NCBI GenBank assembly: GCA_963840455.1
Contig: CAWIYV010000010.1
Span: forward strand, 192,001 to 256,000
Direction: 5' to 3'
Source of the DNA: Nitrospirota bacterium
GTDB lineage: Bacteria > Nitrospirota > UBA9217
Length of the DNA: 64,000 nt
Part shown: piece after piece, positions 37,611-48,191 of the stretch
Position numbering within the stretch: position 1 is the first letter of the stretch
How the letters are laid out: each line of letters begins with the position of its first letter
Made by a program: the position numbers and the translations under genes
The notes under the pieces: generated by a model
Database searches by the model: none
Told to the model about the DNA's origin: nothing
What the model saw: only the letters and a program-made list of their open reading frames with translations

Positions 37611-37683
37611 ACTGCCCATGGCTGATCGCTCATGGTTCATCGTTTACGTCGTGGCTATGACCTATGAGCTGTGACCTGTTTTT

Positions 37684-38919
37684 CTACTCCACGGCGATCG
37701 CGAAGCGCTTCTTGAAGTCCTCGGGCTTCATCTTCACCGCCGCCGCCAGCTTCTGCAGCATCTCGCCCTCAAGGTCCTCCTTCTCCAGCCGGATCATGTA
37801 GCGCCGCGCCATGTGGTAATCGTCCGAATCGATCTCGACGGTGCGGATCCTCGTCTTCTTCGTTGCCGGGTCGATGAGGTCGGCGAACTTGATCGGGATG
37901 CTCTTGCCGTCCTTCAGCATGATCATGGCGCCGGACCCGCCGTTGACCAGGAACTTGACCGCGCTGAAGCCCAGATAGCGCGTATATTCCCGGTCATAGG
38001 AGATCGGGGGATGGCATCGCAGCTCGTAGCCGATGTCCTTGCCGATGATGGTCATCTTGAGGCCCAGCGAGGCAAGCTCCTGGAGGACGTGCTGCTTCAG
38101 CATGTCGGCCAGCGGGATCTCGGCAAGCCGGATGTTCCCGTGCTCGTCCCGCGGCACATCCTTCAGGATCGTCATCTCTTCGGGGTCGAAGCGGATCGCC
38201 ACGCCCTCGCCAATCACCGCCACGCCGTGGTTCCTCCCCGACACCATACGCTTAATGATGGCGCCCGTCAGGATGGCCACGACCTTCTTCCATGATATCT
38301 TGTTGCCAAGCTCCTCAGGGATAAGCGTCAGCGTGGCGCCGGCGCCCATGCCCATTCCGAGCGCGAGGTGGCCGGCCGACCGGCCCATGGCCACGATGAA
38401 ATACCACCGAAAGGCCGTTTGCGAGTCCTCCATCAGGTTCTCGACGAGCTGCGCGCCGAGCTGCTTGGCGGTCTCGAACCCGAAGGTCGGCACGCCGTGG
38501 GGGAGCGGAAGGTCGTTGTCGATGGTCTTGGGCACGTGGCAGACCGCGATCTTCCCTCCCGCCACCTTTTCCACCTGTGTGGCCGTGAACGCCGTGTCGT
38601 CGCCGCCGATGGTCACGAGATACTTGACATTCAGTTCCGTCAGGGCCTTGATGACGTTCGCCATCTTGGCGGGATCCTTCGTCGGGTTCTCCCGCGAGGT
38701 GCGGATGATGGACCCGCCGCGCATGTGGATGCGCGAGATATCCTCGGGGTTCAGGTCCATGATCTGAGACGAGTCGCCCTTGGAAAGCCACTTGAAGCCG
38801 TCGTAGATGCCGATCACCTCAAGCCCCTGCTTCGAGGCCTCGAACGTGACCGAGCTGATCACGCCGTTGATCCCGGGCGCCGGACCGCCGCCGACCACAA
38901 TCGCGAGCTTTCCTGCCAT
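37684..38919 (-). CDS. pfp: PPi-dependent phosphofructokinase
   Basis: GGGPAPGIN, GGDDT and PKTIDND (PPi-type Asp/Lys), MGR, GYELR. Confidence 0.88.
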   Translation of the reverse strand: MAGKLAIVVGGGPAPGINGVISSVTFEASKQGLEVIGIYDGFKWLSKGDSSQIMDLNPEDISRIHMRGGSIIRTSRENPTKDPAKMANVIKALTELNVKYLVTIGGDDTAFTATQVEKVAGGKIAVCHVPKTIDNDLPLPHGVPTFGFETAKQLGAQLVENLMEDSQTAFRWYFIVAMGRSAGHLALGMGMGAGATLTLIPEELGNKISWKKVVAILTGAIIKRMVSGRNHGVAVIGEGVAIRFDPEEMTILKDVPRDEHGNIRLAEIPLADMLKQHVLQELASLGLKMTIIGKDIGYELRCHPPISYDREYTRYLGFSAVKFLVNGGSGAMIMLKDGKSIPIKFADLIDPATKKTRIRTVEIDSDDYHMARRYMIRLEKEDLEGEMLQKLAAAVKMKPEDFKKRFAIAVE

Positions 38920-39117
38920 GCCTGCCTCCTGCGAATATCGACAGATTAACGTGTGAAACAACGAGACAATGTTACCCTTGATACCGCGGCAAATCTAACA
39001 AAACAACGGGAACTTGTCAATGATAAAGGGGTGGGAAAGCATCGGCACAGCCGGCGGTCACCGGATGGGCTCACGATCAATGAACGGGCCCGAGAACAAC
39101 CGCCTTCGCGTGATTTG

Positions 39118-39312
39118 CTATTTCCTGAAGACCTGCATGATGCCGAATGCCGTACATGCCCCGCCGCCGATCAGCAGGAACAAGGCGCGTTCTGACGGGC
39201 CTCTGCCGACCGCACGGGAGATACTCGAACCGAATGCGCCGAACTCCTGCATGCCCAGGACAAGAAGAATGATGCCGATGACCAGAAGCACTATCCCCAG
39301 ATTCTTTTTCAT
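39118..39312 (-). CDS. Small membrane protein (DUF3185-like)
   Basis: Two TMs; S.ISR..G.GPS motif; GGAGG SD. Confidence 0.7.
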   Translation of the reverse strand: MKKNLGIVLLVIGIILLVLGMQEFGAFGSSISRAVGRGPSERALFLLIGGGACTAFGIMQVFRK

Positions 39313-39358
39313 GGTCCAGGCCCCTCCTGAAGTATGGTTCTGATGCCCTGTCGAGCTG

Positions 39359-40474
39359 CTATTTTCCCTTCTCCCCGAAGATCTCCTTCACCTTCTCGAA
39401 GAAGCCCTTGGTGATCGGTGTGCATTCATCCTTGGACAGGCAGTCGAACTCTTTAAGCAGCTCCTTCTGTTTCGACGTAAGCTTGGTCGGGATCTCCACC
39501 ATGACCCTGCAGAGCTGGTCGCCGGAACCCGAGCCCCTGAGGTGCGGGAACCCTTTGCCGCGGAGCCGGAAAGCGTGGCCCGGCTGGGTGCCGGCCGGCA
39601 CCTTGAGCTTTTCGGTCCCGTTCAGCGTGGGAACCTCAAGCTCCGTGCCCAGGGCGGCCTGGGCAAAGCTGACGGGGATGTCGAGGATGATGTTCTGCCC
39701 CTCGCGCCTGAAGAGCGGGTGCTCCTCGACGGTCAGGTAGATGTAGAGGTCGCCAGGGGGTCCACCGTACTCTCCCAGTTCACCCTCGCCGGACAGCCGG
39801 ATGGTGTTTCCGGTCTCTACGCCGCCGGGGATCTTGACGGACAGCGTGCGCTCGCGTTCTACGCGCTTCCTCCCCCTGCAGACGGGGCAGGGGTCGGTGA
39901 TCACGTTGCCTTCGCCGCCGCAGCGCGAGCAGGTGCGGGTAATGCTGAAGAATCCCTGCTGCATGCGGATCTGGCCCGTCCCCCGGCACGTGGTACACGT
40001 GCCGATGCTGTCCTTGGTTTTGGCGCCGCTCCCATCGCAGGCCTCGCAGCGCTCCCACCGCGGAACGCGGATCTTGGTCGAGGTACCGGAGGCGGCATCG
40101 GCGAAGCTGATGGTCAGATTGTAGCGAAGGTCCTCACCGGCAACAGCCCGGGTCCGGCCGCGTCCCCCTCCTCCGAAAAATTCGCCGAAGATATCGCCGA
40201 AGATATCGCCCATTCCCGCGCCTGCGCCGAACCCGCCAGGGCCTGCGCCTTGCGTGCCGGGCGCTACTCCGTATTGGTCGTAATAGGCCCGCTTTTCGGG
40301 GTCCGAGAGGACCTCGTAGGCGTGGCTGATCTCCTTGAACTTCTCCTCGGAGGCCTTGTCACCGGGGTTCTTGTCGGGATGGTACTGGTGGGCCAGTTTC
40401 CGGTAGGATTTTTTGAGGTCAGCTTCGGTGGCGTTCCGGTGCACGCCCAGCAGTTCATAGAGATCTTTCGCCAT
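39359..40474 (-). CDS. dnaJ: Chaperone DnaJ
   Basis: HPD J-domain, G/F region, four CxxCxGxG-type repeats. Confidence 0.97.
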   Translation of the reverse strand: MAKDLYELLGVHRNATEADLKKSYRKLAHQYHPDKNPGDKASEEKFKEISHAYEVLSDPEKRAYYDQYGVAPGTQGAGPGGFGAGAGMGDIFGDIFGEFFGGGGRGRTRAVAGEDLRYNLTISFADAASGTSTKIRVPRWERCEACDGSGAKTKDSIGTCTTCRGTGQIRMQQGFFSITRTCSRCGGEGNVITDPCPVCRGRKRVERERTLSVKIPGGVETGNTIRLSGEGELGEYGGPPGDLYIYLTVEEHPLFRREGQNIILDIPVSFAQAALGTELEVPTLNGTEKLKVPAGTQPGHAFRLRGKGFPHLRGSGSGDQLCRVMVEIPTKLTSKQKELLKEFDCLSKDECTPITKGFFEKVKEIFGEKGK

Positions 40475-40498
40475 AAGAAACCCTGTCAAGCCAGTTTA

Positions 40499-40638
40499 GC
40501 TGCAGAGGACACAGAGCGCGCCGAGGACAGTACGAAATACGGCATTTACTGCACAACGAGAACAGTCGGCCATTTGTTACCTGATCAGCTTCCCATTTGG
40601 TTCGCGGGTTTCTCTGTGTTCTCGGTGACCTCGGTGGC
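40499..40638. repeat. Inverted triple 9-mer repeat arms (consensus nnCACMGAG)
   Basis: Left gctgcagag-gacacagag-cgcgccgag; right ctctgtgtt-ctcggtgac-ctcggtggc. Confidence 0.65.
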
Positions 40639-40652
40639 CGCCTTGTCCTTTC

Positions 40653-40703
40653 AAAAAAAAGGATAGCAGTTCGGCGCAGTTCCCGCCCGTTCCCTGCTAT
40701 CCT
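40653..40703 (-). terminator. Terminator between dnaK and dnaJ
   Basis: AGGATAGCAG/CTGCTATCCT stem followed by a T-run on the minus strand. Confidence 0.7.
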
Positions 40704-40717
40704 CGCGTCATGCTGTA

Positions 40718-42652
40718 TTACTTCTTGTCCTTGTCCACTTCCTCGAACTCGGCGTCGACGACCTTCTCCTCGGGCTTTGAGCCGCCGCCCGCCGTCCCTG
40801 CGGTCGTGCCGCCGCCCGCCGCACCGCCGCCCGGCCCCTGCTCCCGGTTCATCTTGGTGTAGACCTCTTCGGCGATCTTATGGGACGCCTTGGAGAGGTC
40901 GGCCACGGCCTTCTTGATGGCCTCGACGTCGCTCTTGTCCTTCACTTCCTTGGTGGCCTCGATTGCCTTCTGGATGTCCGCCCTCTCTGCGTCGCTCAGC
41001 TTGGAGCCGAAATCAGTGATGGACTTTTCCACAGAGTAAATGAGCGTTTCAGCGTCGTTCCGGACCTCGGCCAGCTCCTTCTTCTTCTTATCCTCGGCGG
41101 CGTGCATCTCGGAATCCTTCAATGCCTTATCGATCTCCTCCTTGCTCATGCCGGAGGATGCCGTGATCTTGATGGACTGCTCGCGGCCGGTGCCCAGGTC
41201 CTTGGCCATGACATGCACGATCCCGTTCGCATCGATGTCGAAGGTCACCTCGATCTGCGGCAGGCCACGCGGTGCCGGCGGGATGCCCACCAGCTCGAAG
41301 CGGCCCAGGGTTTTGTTGTCGCCGGCCATCTCGCGTTCGCCCTGCACCACGTGGATGGACACTGCCGTCTGGTTGTCCGACGCCGTGGAGAATATCTGGC
41401 TCTTCTTGGTCGGGATGGTGGTGTTCCGCTCGATGAGCCGGGTGGCCACGCCGCCCAGGGTCTCGATGCCGAGCGACAGCGGCGTCACGTCGAGGAGCAG
41501 CACGTCCTTCACCTGGCCGGTCAGCACCGCACCCTGGATGGCCGCGCCGACGGCCACGACCTCATCAGGGTTCACGCCGCGATGCGGCTCTTTTTTGAAG
41601 AACTCCTTCACCGCGGCGATAACTCTGGGCATGCGCGTCATGCCGCCCACCATGACCGCCTCGTTGATCTGCTCGGTCGTCTTGCCCGCATCGCCAAGCG
41701 CCTTCTTCACCGGCTCGATGCTCTTCGTAACAAGGTCATTGACGAGCTGCTCGAACTTGGAGCGGGGCAGCTTGTACAGCAGATGCTTCGGACCCGTGGC
41801 GTCTGCCGTGATGAACGGCAGGTTGATCTCGGTCTCCGCCACCGTGGACAGCTCGATCTTGGCCTTCTCCGCCGCCTCCTTGAGCCGCTGGAGCGCCATC
41901 TTGTCCTTCCGGAGATCGATCCCGGAGTCCTTCAGGAACGAGTCCGCGAGCCAGTTGATGACCCGCTCATCAAAATCGTCGCCGCCGAGGAATGTGTCGC
42001 CGTTCGTGGACTTCACCTCGAACACGCCCTCTCCCAGTTCCAGGATGGAGATGTCGAACGTGCCGCCGCCCAGGTCGTAGACCGCGATGGTCTCGTCCTT
42101 CCGCTTGTCCAGCCCGTAAGCAAGCGATGCCGCCGTGGGTTCATTGATGATGCGCAGCACGTTCAGGCCCGCGATCCTGCCCGCATCCTTCGTGGCTTGG
42201 CGCTGGCTGTCGTTAAAGTAGGCCGGTACGGTGACGACCGCATCGGTGATCTTCTCACCCAGATAGTCTTCGGCGGTCTGACGCATCTTCTGCAGGATCA
42301 TGGCCGAAATCTCGGCCGGGCTGTAGACCTTGCCGCGGACCTCGACGTGGGCATCGCCGTTCGCCGCCTTCACGATCTTATAAGGAAGGTGCTTCATGGC
42401 TTCCTGCACCTCGGCCGTATCGTACTTGCGCCCGATGAGCCGTTTGATGGAAAAGATCGTGTTGTCGGGGTTCGTGATGGACTGCCGTTTCGCGATCTGC
42501 CCGACCAGCCGCTCACCGCTCTCTGTGATTGCCACGACCGATGGCGTGGTCCTGCTGCCTTCCGAATTCGCGATCACAACCGGCTCGCCGCCCTCCATCA
42601 CGGCAACGCACGAGTTCGTAGTGCCCAGATCGATCCCAATGACTTTACCCAT
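40718..42652 (-). CDS. dnaK: Chaperone DnaK
   Basis: [32 protein letters not shown]. Confidence 0.98.
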   Translation of the reverse strand: MGKVIGIDLGTTNSCVAVMEGGEPVVIANSEGSRTTPSVVAITESGERLVGQIAKRQSITNPDNTIFSIKRLIGRKYDTAEVQEAMKHLPYKIVKAANGDAHVEVRGKVYSPAEISAMILQKMRQTAEDYLGEKITDAVVTVPAYFNDSQRQATKDAGRIAGLNVLRIINEPTAASLAYGLDKRKDETIAVYDLGGGTFDISILELGEGVFEVKSTNGDTFLGGDDFDERVINWLADSFLKDSGIDLRKDKMALQRLKEAAEKAKIELSTVAETEINLPFITADATGPKHLLYKLPRSKFEQLVNDLVTKSIEPVKKALGDAGKTTEQINEAVMVGGMTRMPRVIAAVKEFFKKEPHRGVNPDEVVAVGAAIQGAVLTGQVKDVLLLDVTPLSLGIETLGGVATRLIERNTTIPTKKSQIFSTASDNQTAVSIHVVQGEREMAGDNKTLGRFELVGIPPAPRGLPQIEVTFDIDANGIVHVMAKDLGTGREQSIKITASSGMSKEEIDKALKDSEMHAAEDKKKKELAEVRNDAETLIYSVEKSITDFGSKLSDAERADIQKAIEATKEVKDKSDVEAIKKAVADLSKASHKIAEEVYTKMNREQGPGGGAAGGGTTAGTAGGGSKPEEKVVDAEFEEVDKDKK

Positions 42653-42755
42653 ACTAGTATCCTCCTTCAGTTATCCTTCGTATGAAAATTAAGGGCGGTG
42701 AGCCGGCAGGGACCATTGTGACTTCCGCGCCATGCCGCCCGGTACCTCTTCTCTC

Positions 42756-43433
42756 TCAGTCTTCCGTGTCCGCGTCAGTATGATCTTCCGCTGCCGCCGT
42801 AGGCGGCTCCCCCGCCGCTTTGGCCGGCCTCTTTGAGACGCCGACCTTGGCATGGCGCAGCACCTTTTCGTGGTACCGGTACCCGTCCTGGAATACCTGC
42901 ACCACCGTGTTCTCAGGAACGTCAGCCGTCTCCACCTGCATCATGGCATCATGCATAGCGGGATCAAACGGCTCGCCCTGGGCCTTGAAGGGTACGATCC
43001 CGAACTTTTCCAGCACGTCTCGGAACTGCTTGTGGACCATTTCCACGCCCTGCTGCAGACCCTCGCCGCCGCCGGTCTCGTTCGCATGCTTGATGGCCAA
43101 ACTGAGGTGGTCGATGACCGCCAGCAGTTCAAGGGCCATCTGCTCATTGGCGTATTTCTTGAAATCCGTTTGGTCGCGCTGCACACGCTTCCGGTAGTTC
43201 TCGAAGTCCGCGTAGGTGCGGAGATACTTTTCATTGGCCTCAGCCGCCTCTTTCGTCTTCTGGTCCAGGGCGATCGCGAGGTTCTCGATCTCCTTGGCAA
43301 GGCTGCTTGCTGCCTCATTAACCTCGGCGACTTGGGCCATACTTTGGAGCCCTTCGTCGGACACACCCTCGTCGGGAGGCAGTGCCGGCTCAAGCTCGGG
43401 ATCCAACGGCTCGTTCCTGTGCTTTTTGGTCAT
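42756..43433 (-). CDS. grpE: Nucleotide exchange factor GrpE
   Basis: ADFENYRKR, FDPAMHDAM, GY..HEKVLRHAKV. Confidence 0.96.
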   Translation of the reverse strand: MTKKHRNEPLDPELEPALPPDEGVSDEGLQSMAQVAEVNEAASSLAKEIENLAIALDQKTKEAAEANEKYLRTYADFENYRKRVQRDQTDFKKYANEQMALELLAVIDHLSLAIKHANETGGGEGLQQGVEMVHKQFRDVLEKFGIVPFKAQGEPFDPAMHDAMMQVETADVPENTVVQVFQDGYRYHEKVLRHAKVGVSKRPAKAAGEPPTAAAEDHTDADTED

Positions 43434-44473
43434 CGCTCGATGCCCCTCTGCAGTCGCTCGTCAAGGATGCGGGAAAGCAGCCGAGACGTATAGTCCACCA
43501 CCTGGATCACCTGCTTGTACTGCATGCGCACCGGCCCGATGACACCCAGGGTCCCGACCACGTTCCCCGCCTGGTAACTGCTTACGACCAGGCTGCACCC
43601 CTGCATGCCGAAGAACGGGTTCTCCGAGCCGATAAAGACCTTGATACCCTCAGCTGCAGCAGTCTTGTCGAGGAGCGTGATGAGCTTGTACTTGTCCTCG
43701 AAGGCGCGAAAGAGCGACCGCATCTTTTCCACGTCGGCGAACTCCGGCGTTTCGAACATCTGGGAGGCACCCCCAATGAACACCTGTTCTGCGTCGCGCT
43801 CGCGGACCTCCTGGCTCGCCTTATAGGTTTGCTCCAACAGACCCACCAAGATCGCCTTTTCCTCCCGGAGCCTCTCCCGGAGACGCTGACGGACCTCGGT
43901 GAAGGCATAGTGCTCAAGCTCCTCATCGAGATAGGAGCTGAAGGAGTTCAGTTCGTGCTGCGAGATTACTTCGTCCAGTTCGATCAGCTTGTTCAGCACC
44001 GTGCCCGTGTTCGTTACGAAGATGATCAGCACCTGATTGCCGCGGAGCCGGACGAATTCAATGTGCTTCAGCGTTCCCTCAGGTTCCGTCGGCGCCACCA
44101 CCACACCGGTATGGTGGGAAAGCTTCGCCAGGAACTGGCTCGCTTCCTCCATGATATGCCGCAGGTCGCTGCCCTGCATCACCGGCGACTGTTCGAGGTG
44201 CTCCTGGATCTCCTGTGTGTCGCGGTCGAAACTGATGAGCGAATCGATATAATAGCGGTATCCCTTGTCCGTCGGCACTCTCCCGGCGGATGTATGAGGA
44301 TGGGTCAGGAATCCCATCTCCTCAAGTTCGGCCATGATGTTGCGCAGCGTCGCCGAGCTCAGGCTGAAGTTGTAGGTCTTCGCAAGGACAGTAGATCCGA
44401 TCGGCGAACCCGTCTGGATATAACTGTCGATGACCGCCTGCAGGACTTTTCTTGTTCTTTCATTCAATTCCAT
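43430..44473 (-). CDS. hrcA: Heat-inducible transcription repressor
   Basis: SSATLRNIMAELE, HTSAGRVPTDKGYRYY, GVIGPVRM.Y. Confidence 0.96.
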   Translation of the reverse strand: MELNERTRKVLQAVIDSYIQTGSPIGSTVLAKTYNFSLSSATLRNIMAELEEMGFLTHPHTSAGRVPTDKGYRYYIDSLISFDRDTQEIQEHLEQSPVMQGSDLRHIMEEASQFLAKLSHHTGVVVAPTEPEGTLKHIEFVRLRGNQVLIIFVTNTGTVLNKLIELDEVISQHELNSFSSYLDEELEHYAFTEVRQRLRERLREEKAILVGLLEQTYKASQEVRERDAEQVFIGGASQMFETPEFADVEKMRSLFRAFEDKYKLITLLDKTAAAEGIKVFIGSENPFFGMQGCSLVVSSYQAGNVVGTLGVIGPVRMQYKQVIQVVDYTSRLLSRILDERLQRGIER

Positions 44474-44509
44474 ATCGCACCGGTAACTACTATGCCATGA
44501 ACGAAGGCC

Positions 44510-44536
44510 TTAGCACTCAAGCCAAATGAGTGCTAA
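44510..44536. promoter_or_regulatory. CIRCE operator upstream of hrcA
   Basis: Perfect TTAGCACTC-N9-GAGTGCTAA; promoter TTGACA-17-TAGATT at 44538-44566 (minus). Confidence 0.96.
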
Positions 44537-44616
44537 CAATCTAACATATCATCTTTTTTCTGTCAAGCATTTAGGCGCCCGCAGGTTGAGCGATACATTG
44601 TCAATCATAGGCGAAG

Positions 44617-44658
44617 AAAAAGGCCACCCCGAACAACCCAAGGGGTTCCGGGATGGCC
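44617..44658 (-). terminator. Terminator after hsp20
   Basis: GGCCATCCCGG...CGGGGTGGCC-TTTTT. Confidence 0.7.
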
Positions 44659-44700
44659 AGCCTTTTGGACTGATGGTCCAAAGCGGTTATGCCAACCAGT

Positions 44701-45222
44701 TCATGCAGCCTTTTTGACCGTTGTTTCCGCAGCGATCTTCTTCGGCTCCTCGGTCTTGATCTCGATCTTCTTTGCTTTCGGAACCTCGGGTATCGGTACC
44801 GAAACCTCAAGGATGCCGTTGGCGAAGGCCGCCTTCAGGTCCTCGGTCTTGACACCCTCAGGGATCAGGAAGCGGCGCTCAAAGGAACCGTAGGAGATCT
44901 CACGATACGTATAATCCTTTTCCTTCTCGTCCTTCTCGGCCTTCCGTTCACCCTTGATCACAAGCTCCCGGTCGTCGATGGTGACATCAAGATCCTTCGG
45001 GTCAACGCCCGGAAGCTCGGCCTTGATGAACAGCTTCCCTTCCTTCGTATAACTCTCGATCGACGGCAGCCAGAGGCCGAGACGCCCGACCTCCCCCCCT
45101 CTTTCTGTTCCAAGAAGCCGGTCGAACAGCCTGTCCATATCCCTCTGCATGGTCCTCATTTCATCGAAAGGGTCCCATGCCCTCATGGTCCTGAACGGAT
45201 CCCAACGAATTATGCTTTTCAT
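44701..45222 (-). CDS. Small heat-shock protein Hsp20
   Basis: WDPF N-terminus, AELPGV, YGSFERRF, ANGILEV. Confidence 0.94.
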   Translation of the reverse strand: MKSIIRWDPFRTMRAWDPFDEMRTMQRDMDRLFDRLLGTERGGEVGRLGLWLPSIESYTKEGKLFIKAELPGVDPKDLDVTIDDRELVIKGERKAEKDEKEKDYTYREISYGSFERRFLIPEGVKTEDLKAAFANGILEVSVPIPEVPKAKKIEIKTEEPKKIAAETTVKKAA

Positions 45223-45451
45223 ATGAATCCCTCCCTTTCAAGTTATTGCCGGTTGCCTTTGAAAAGGTCGGCTCTTAATATTGTCGACCTTCATACCTCG
45301 TAATGGAACAATGGTCATCATCTCCTTTCTCCGGCTGCTGAAGCCTTGAGATAAGGGTTGAAGGTCAATTCCGAAAAGACCCCACGATCGGACCAGCCCC
45401 ATCACCTCCCAAAATGATGATTTCCTTTGACATTTATTATATACCATATCA

Positions 45452-45478
45452 TTGGCACTCTGTCAAGAAGAGTGCTAA
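45452..45478. promoter_or_regulatory. CIRCE operator upstream of hsp20, overlapping the -35 box
   Basis: TTGGCACTC-N9-GAGTGCTAA; minus-strand TTGACA lies in the spacer. Confidence 0.92.
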
Positions 45479-45594
45479 TAACGCTCAACCATTTGATTTA
45501 TAATATTTTTTTCGTTATGGGCGCAATGTGAGACAGGATGGGATATCCAAAAAGAGGAATGGATCACGGGGTAATAACAGGATGCGCTATGCGG

Positions 45595-46254
45595 TCACCC
45601 CTGGGACCGGGGAACGTAATAGAGGGTCCCCGGCCGCATACTCAGGATCTCTCGAATGAGGTCGTCCAGGTCCTGGGGATTGTGAACGAAATCGATGTCC
45701 GATGTATTGATGACGAGAAGCGGGGTCTCGGCGTACCGGAAAAAAAAGTGGCTGTACGCATCGTTCACTGCCTCGATGTAATCGCGGCTCACATCTTTCT
45801 CGAATGGCCGTGCCCGCTGCTTGATGCGGCGCAGAATGGTCTCGGTGTCCGCCTGGAGGTAGATAACGAGGTCGGGCCTGACGACCTTGGGTTCGATCAT
45901 CTTGTAGATCTGCTCGTACAGGGCGAGTTCGTGGTCGTTCAGGTTCAGGTAGGCGAAGATCCGGTCCTTGGCAAAAAGGTAGTCGCTGATGGTGACCTGG
46001 TTGAACAGATCGTGCTGGGAGAACTCCTCCTGCTGGGCGAACCGGCTCATGAGAAAGAATATCTGCGTCTGGAACCGGAAGCGGGCGGGATCGTGGTAAA
46101 AATCGGTGAGAAACGGATTTTCCTCGGCGCGCTCGAAGATGAGACGCGCGTTCAGCTCAGGGGCGAGCAGCGTCGCGAGGCTGGTCTTTCCCACGCCGAT
46201 GGGGCCGTCGATCACGATATACCGGGCATGCCGGATTTCAGAGTTCTGGTTCAT
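45595..46254 (-). CDS. Deoxynucleoside kinase
   Basis: GPIGVGKT, ENPFL..FY, Q.FF..SR, PDLVIYL; ATGA overlap with folK. Confidence 0.9.
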   Translation of the reverse strand: MNQNSEIRHARYIVIDGPIGVGKTSLATLLAPELNARLIFERAEENPFLTDFYHDPARFRFQTQIFFLMSRFAQQEEFSQHDLFNQVTISDYLFAKDRIFAYLNLNDHELALYEQIYKMIEPKVVRPDLVIYLQADTETILRRIKQRARPFEKDVSRDYIEAVNDAYSHFFFRYAETPLLVINTSDIDFVHNPQDLDDLIREILSMRPGTLYYVPRSQG

Positions 46255-46751
46255 GGCGTCCCGGACCTCCCGCTGCATTTCATCACGAGGTGACGGTCGT
46301 TCAGCCCATCGAGCAGTTGTGCTGCAGTCCGGTGAAGCAGTGGATTGACCGCATTCGGGGAGATCTCCACCAGCGGGATCAGAACGAATTTCCTCATCGC
46401 CATGCGTGGATGGGGAATGGCAAGACCCGGCTGGTTGACCACCTGGCTTCCGTACAGCAGGATATCGAGGTCCGCGGTACGAGGCCCCCACCGCAAACCG
46501 CGCTTTCGGCCAAGCCGGTCCTCGATGGCATGGCACACCCGCAACAGATCGTCCGGCGTGCAGTCGGTCTCGACCGCGGCCACAGCATTGATGAAATCTT
46601 CCTGTTCGTGGTATCCCACCGGCTCAGTTCGATACAGAGAGGAAACGCGCACGACCCTGCCGGCCTCCGCCAGAAGCTCAATGGCCTTCCGGCAATTTGC
46701 CTCCCGGTCGCCCACGTTCGATCCTATCCCGATGTATGCGATGACCGGCAT
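46251..46751 (-). CDS. folK: 6-hydroxymethyl-7,8-dihydropterin pyrophosphokinase
   Basis: YIGIGSNVG, Y.TEP, WGPRTADLDIL, PHPR. Confidence 0.95.
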   Translation of the reverse strand: MPVIAYIGIGSNVGDREANCRKAIELLAEAGRVVRVSSLYRTEPVGYHEQEDFINAVAAVETDCTPDDLLRVCHAIEDRLGRKRGLRWGPRTADLDILLYGSQVVNQPGLAIPHPRMAMRKFVLIPLVEISPNAVNPLLHRTAAQLLDGLNDRHLVMKCSGRSGTP

Positions 46752-46752
46752 G

Positions 46753-46840
46753 GTGATTCAGGTATTCGTGAACGGTGATTGGGTCATAAAGGAGGGACCC
46801 TGCTCGCTCAATTATTCAATTACCCAATTACTTAATCACT
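46753..46840. repeat. Inverted 8-mer tandem repeat arms (RGTRATTG / CAATYACY)
   Basis: Right caattatt-caattacc-caattact-taatcact; left ggtgattc...ggtgattg. Confidence 0.6.
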
Positions 46841-46843
46841 CGT

Positions 46844-48085
46844 TTAGAACTCGAACTGAAGCCCCCCCATCCGCTTCTTGAACTCGTCCAGGACCCGCTG
46901 TTCATCGGCCTTGCCTTTCGTCTCGAAGGTCGCCGAGAAGCGAATGTAGGAGCCGGCGTCGTCCCAGGGCACGGTGCTGATGAGCTTTTCGGTGATCAGG
47001 AACTCGGAGAACTCCTCCGCGTTGGAGAACCTTCTGCCGTTCTTCACGCCCTTGGGCATCTTCACATACAGGTAGAAGGTGCCCGCAGGCATGCTTGCGG
47101 CGAAGCCCATGTCCGTGAGGGTCTTGACCAGGGAGCGGAGCCGTCGCTCATACTTCTCCTTGATCTCGTCGGTGATCTCAGGATGCTCGAGCGCGTAGAT
47201 GCCGGCCTTCTGGATGGCCTTGAACTGTCCCGAATCGTAGTTGTCCTTGACGTTCCCGTAGCCTGCGACGACCCGGTCGTTCCCCGCGACGAACGCAAGG
47301 CGCCAGCCGGTCATGTTGTACGCCTTGGAGAGGGAGTGGATCTCGACACCCACCTCCTTCGCTCCCGGCACGGACAGGAACGACAACGGCTTCGTTCCGT
47401 ACATGAGCGCCGAGTAAGCGGCGTCGTGCACGACAATGACCTCATTCTCCTTCGCGAACCTTACAGCCTTCTCGAAGAACGCCTTTGTGGCCCCTGCGCC
47501 CGTCGGATTGTTGGGATAGTTGAGATAGAGAAGCTTCGCCTTCTTTCGGACTTCTGCGGGAATGGCGTCGAGGTCGGGCAGGAACCCCTTCTCCTCGGTA
47601 AGCGGCAGGTTCACCACGGAACCGCCGTACCACCGCGTATGCGTCGCCATCACGGGATAGCCGGGCACGGTCATGAGCGTCACGTCGCCCGGATTGATAA
47701 AGACCGACGGGAACATGGCAAGCACCGGCTTGCTGCCGATGCCGTGCAGCACCTCGGTCTCCGGGTTGATCCCGGAAACGCCGTAGACCTTCTGAAGATA
47801 AAGCGCTGCGGCTTCCTTGAACTCCGGGATGCCGTTGTCCGCATAGCCGCGGTTCTCCGGCCTCTCGGCCGCCCGCTGCAGCGCCTGGACCACGCCGGGG
47901 AAGGCCATCTCATCGGGTTCGCCGACGCCCAGGTCGATGAGCTCGGTGCCGGGGTTCGCCGCAAGGGCAGCCCGCTTCGCTCGCTTGATCTTCTCGAACT
48001 TGTAGATCTTCGTGTCCTTGCCGAACATCCTGCCGCCGAGACGCTCTGCAAAAAGGGACTGGATGTAGGTATCATCGGTCTGCAC
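46844..48085 (-). CDS. dapL: LL-diaminopimelate aminotransferase
   Basis: Class I aminotransferase: NYPNNPTG, HDAAY, HSLSKAYNMTGWR; clustered with dapABF/lysA. Confidence 0.82.
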   Translation of the reverse strand: MQTDDTYIQSLFAERLGGRMFGKDTKIYKFEKIKRAKRAALAANPGTELIDLGVGEPDEMAFPGVVQALQRAAERPENRGYADNGIPEFKEAAALYLQKVYGVSGINPETEVLHGIGSKPVLAMFPSVFINPGDVTLMTVPGYPVMATHTRWYGGSVVNLPLTEEKGFLPDLDAIPAEVRKKAKLLYLNYPNNPTGAGATKAFFEKAVRFAKENEVIVVHDAAYSALMYGTKPLSFLSVPGAKEVGVEIHSLSKAYNMTGWRLAFVAGNDRVVAGYGNVKDNYDSGQFKAIQKAGIYALEHPEITDEIKEKYERRLRSLVKTLTDMGFAASMPAGTFYLYVKMPKGVKNGRRFSNAEEFSEFLITEKLISTVPWDDAGSYIRFSATFETKGKADEQRVLDEFKKRMGGLQFEF

Positions 48086-48191
48086 GCTCTTGCTTCCTCC
48101 GGCTACAATAGAATTAGGAAATATCCCATTAAGAATCGATCAGCGTCCGAGTTCGCTCCGTGCTTTTCAATTTCCCATTTTCATGTTTCAA

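Noticed and set aside
40880-42685. 601-aa plus-strand ORF (and a 346-aa ORF) opposite dnaK
   Set aside because: Well-known antisense shadow ORF of hsp70 genes in GC-rich genomes; no SD or independent motifs
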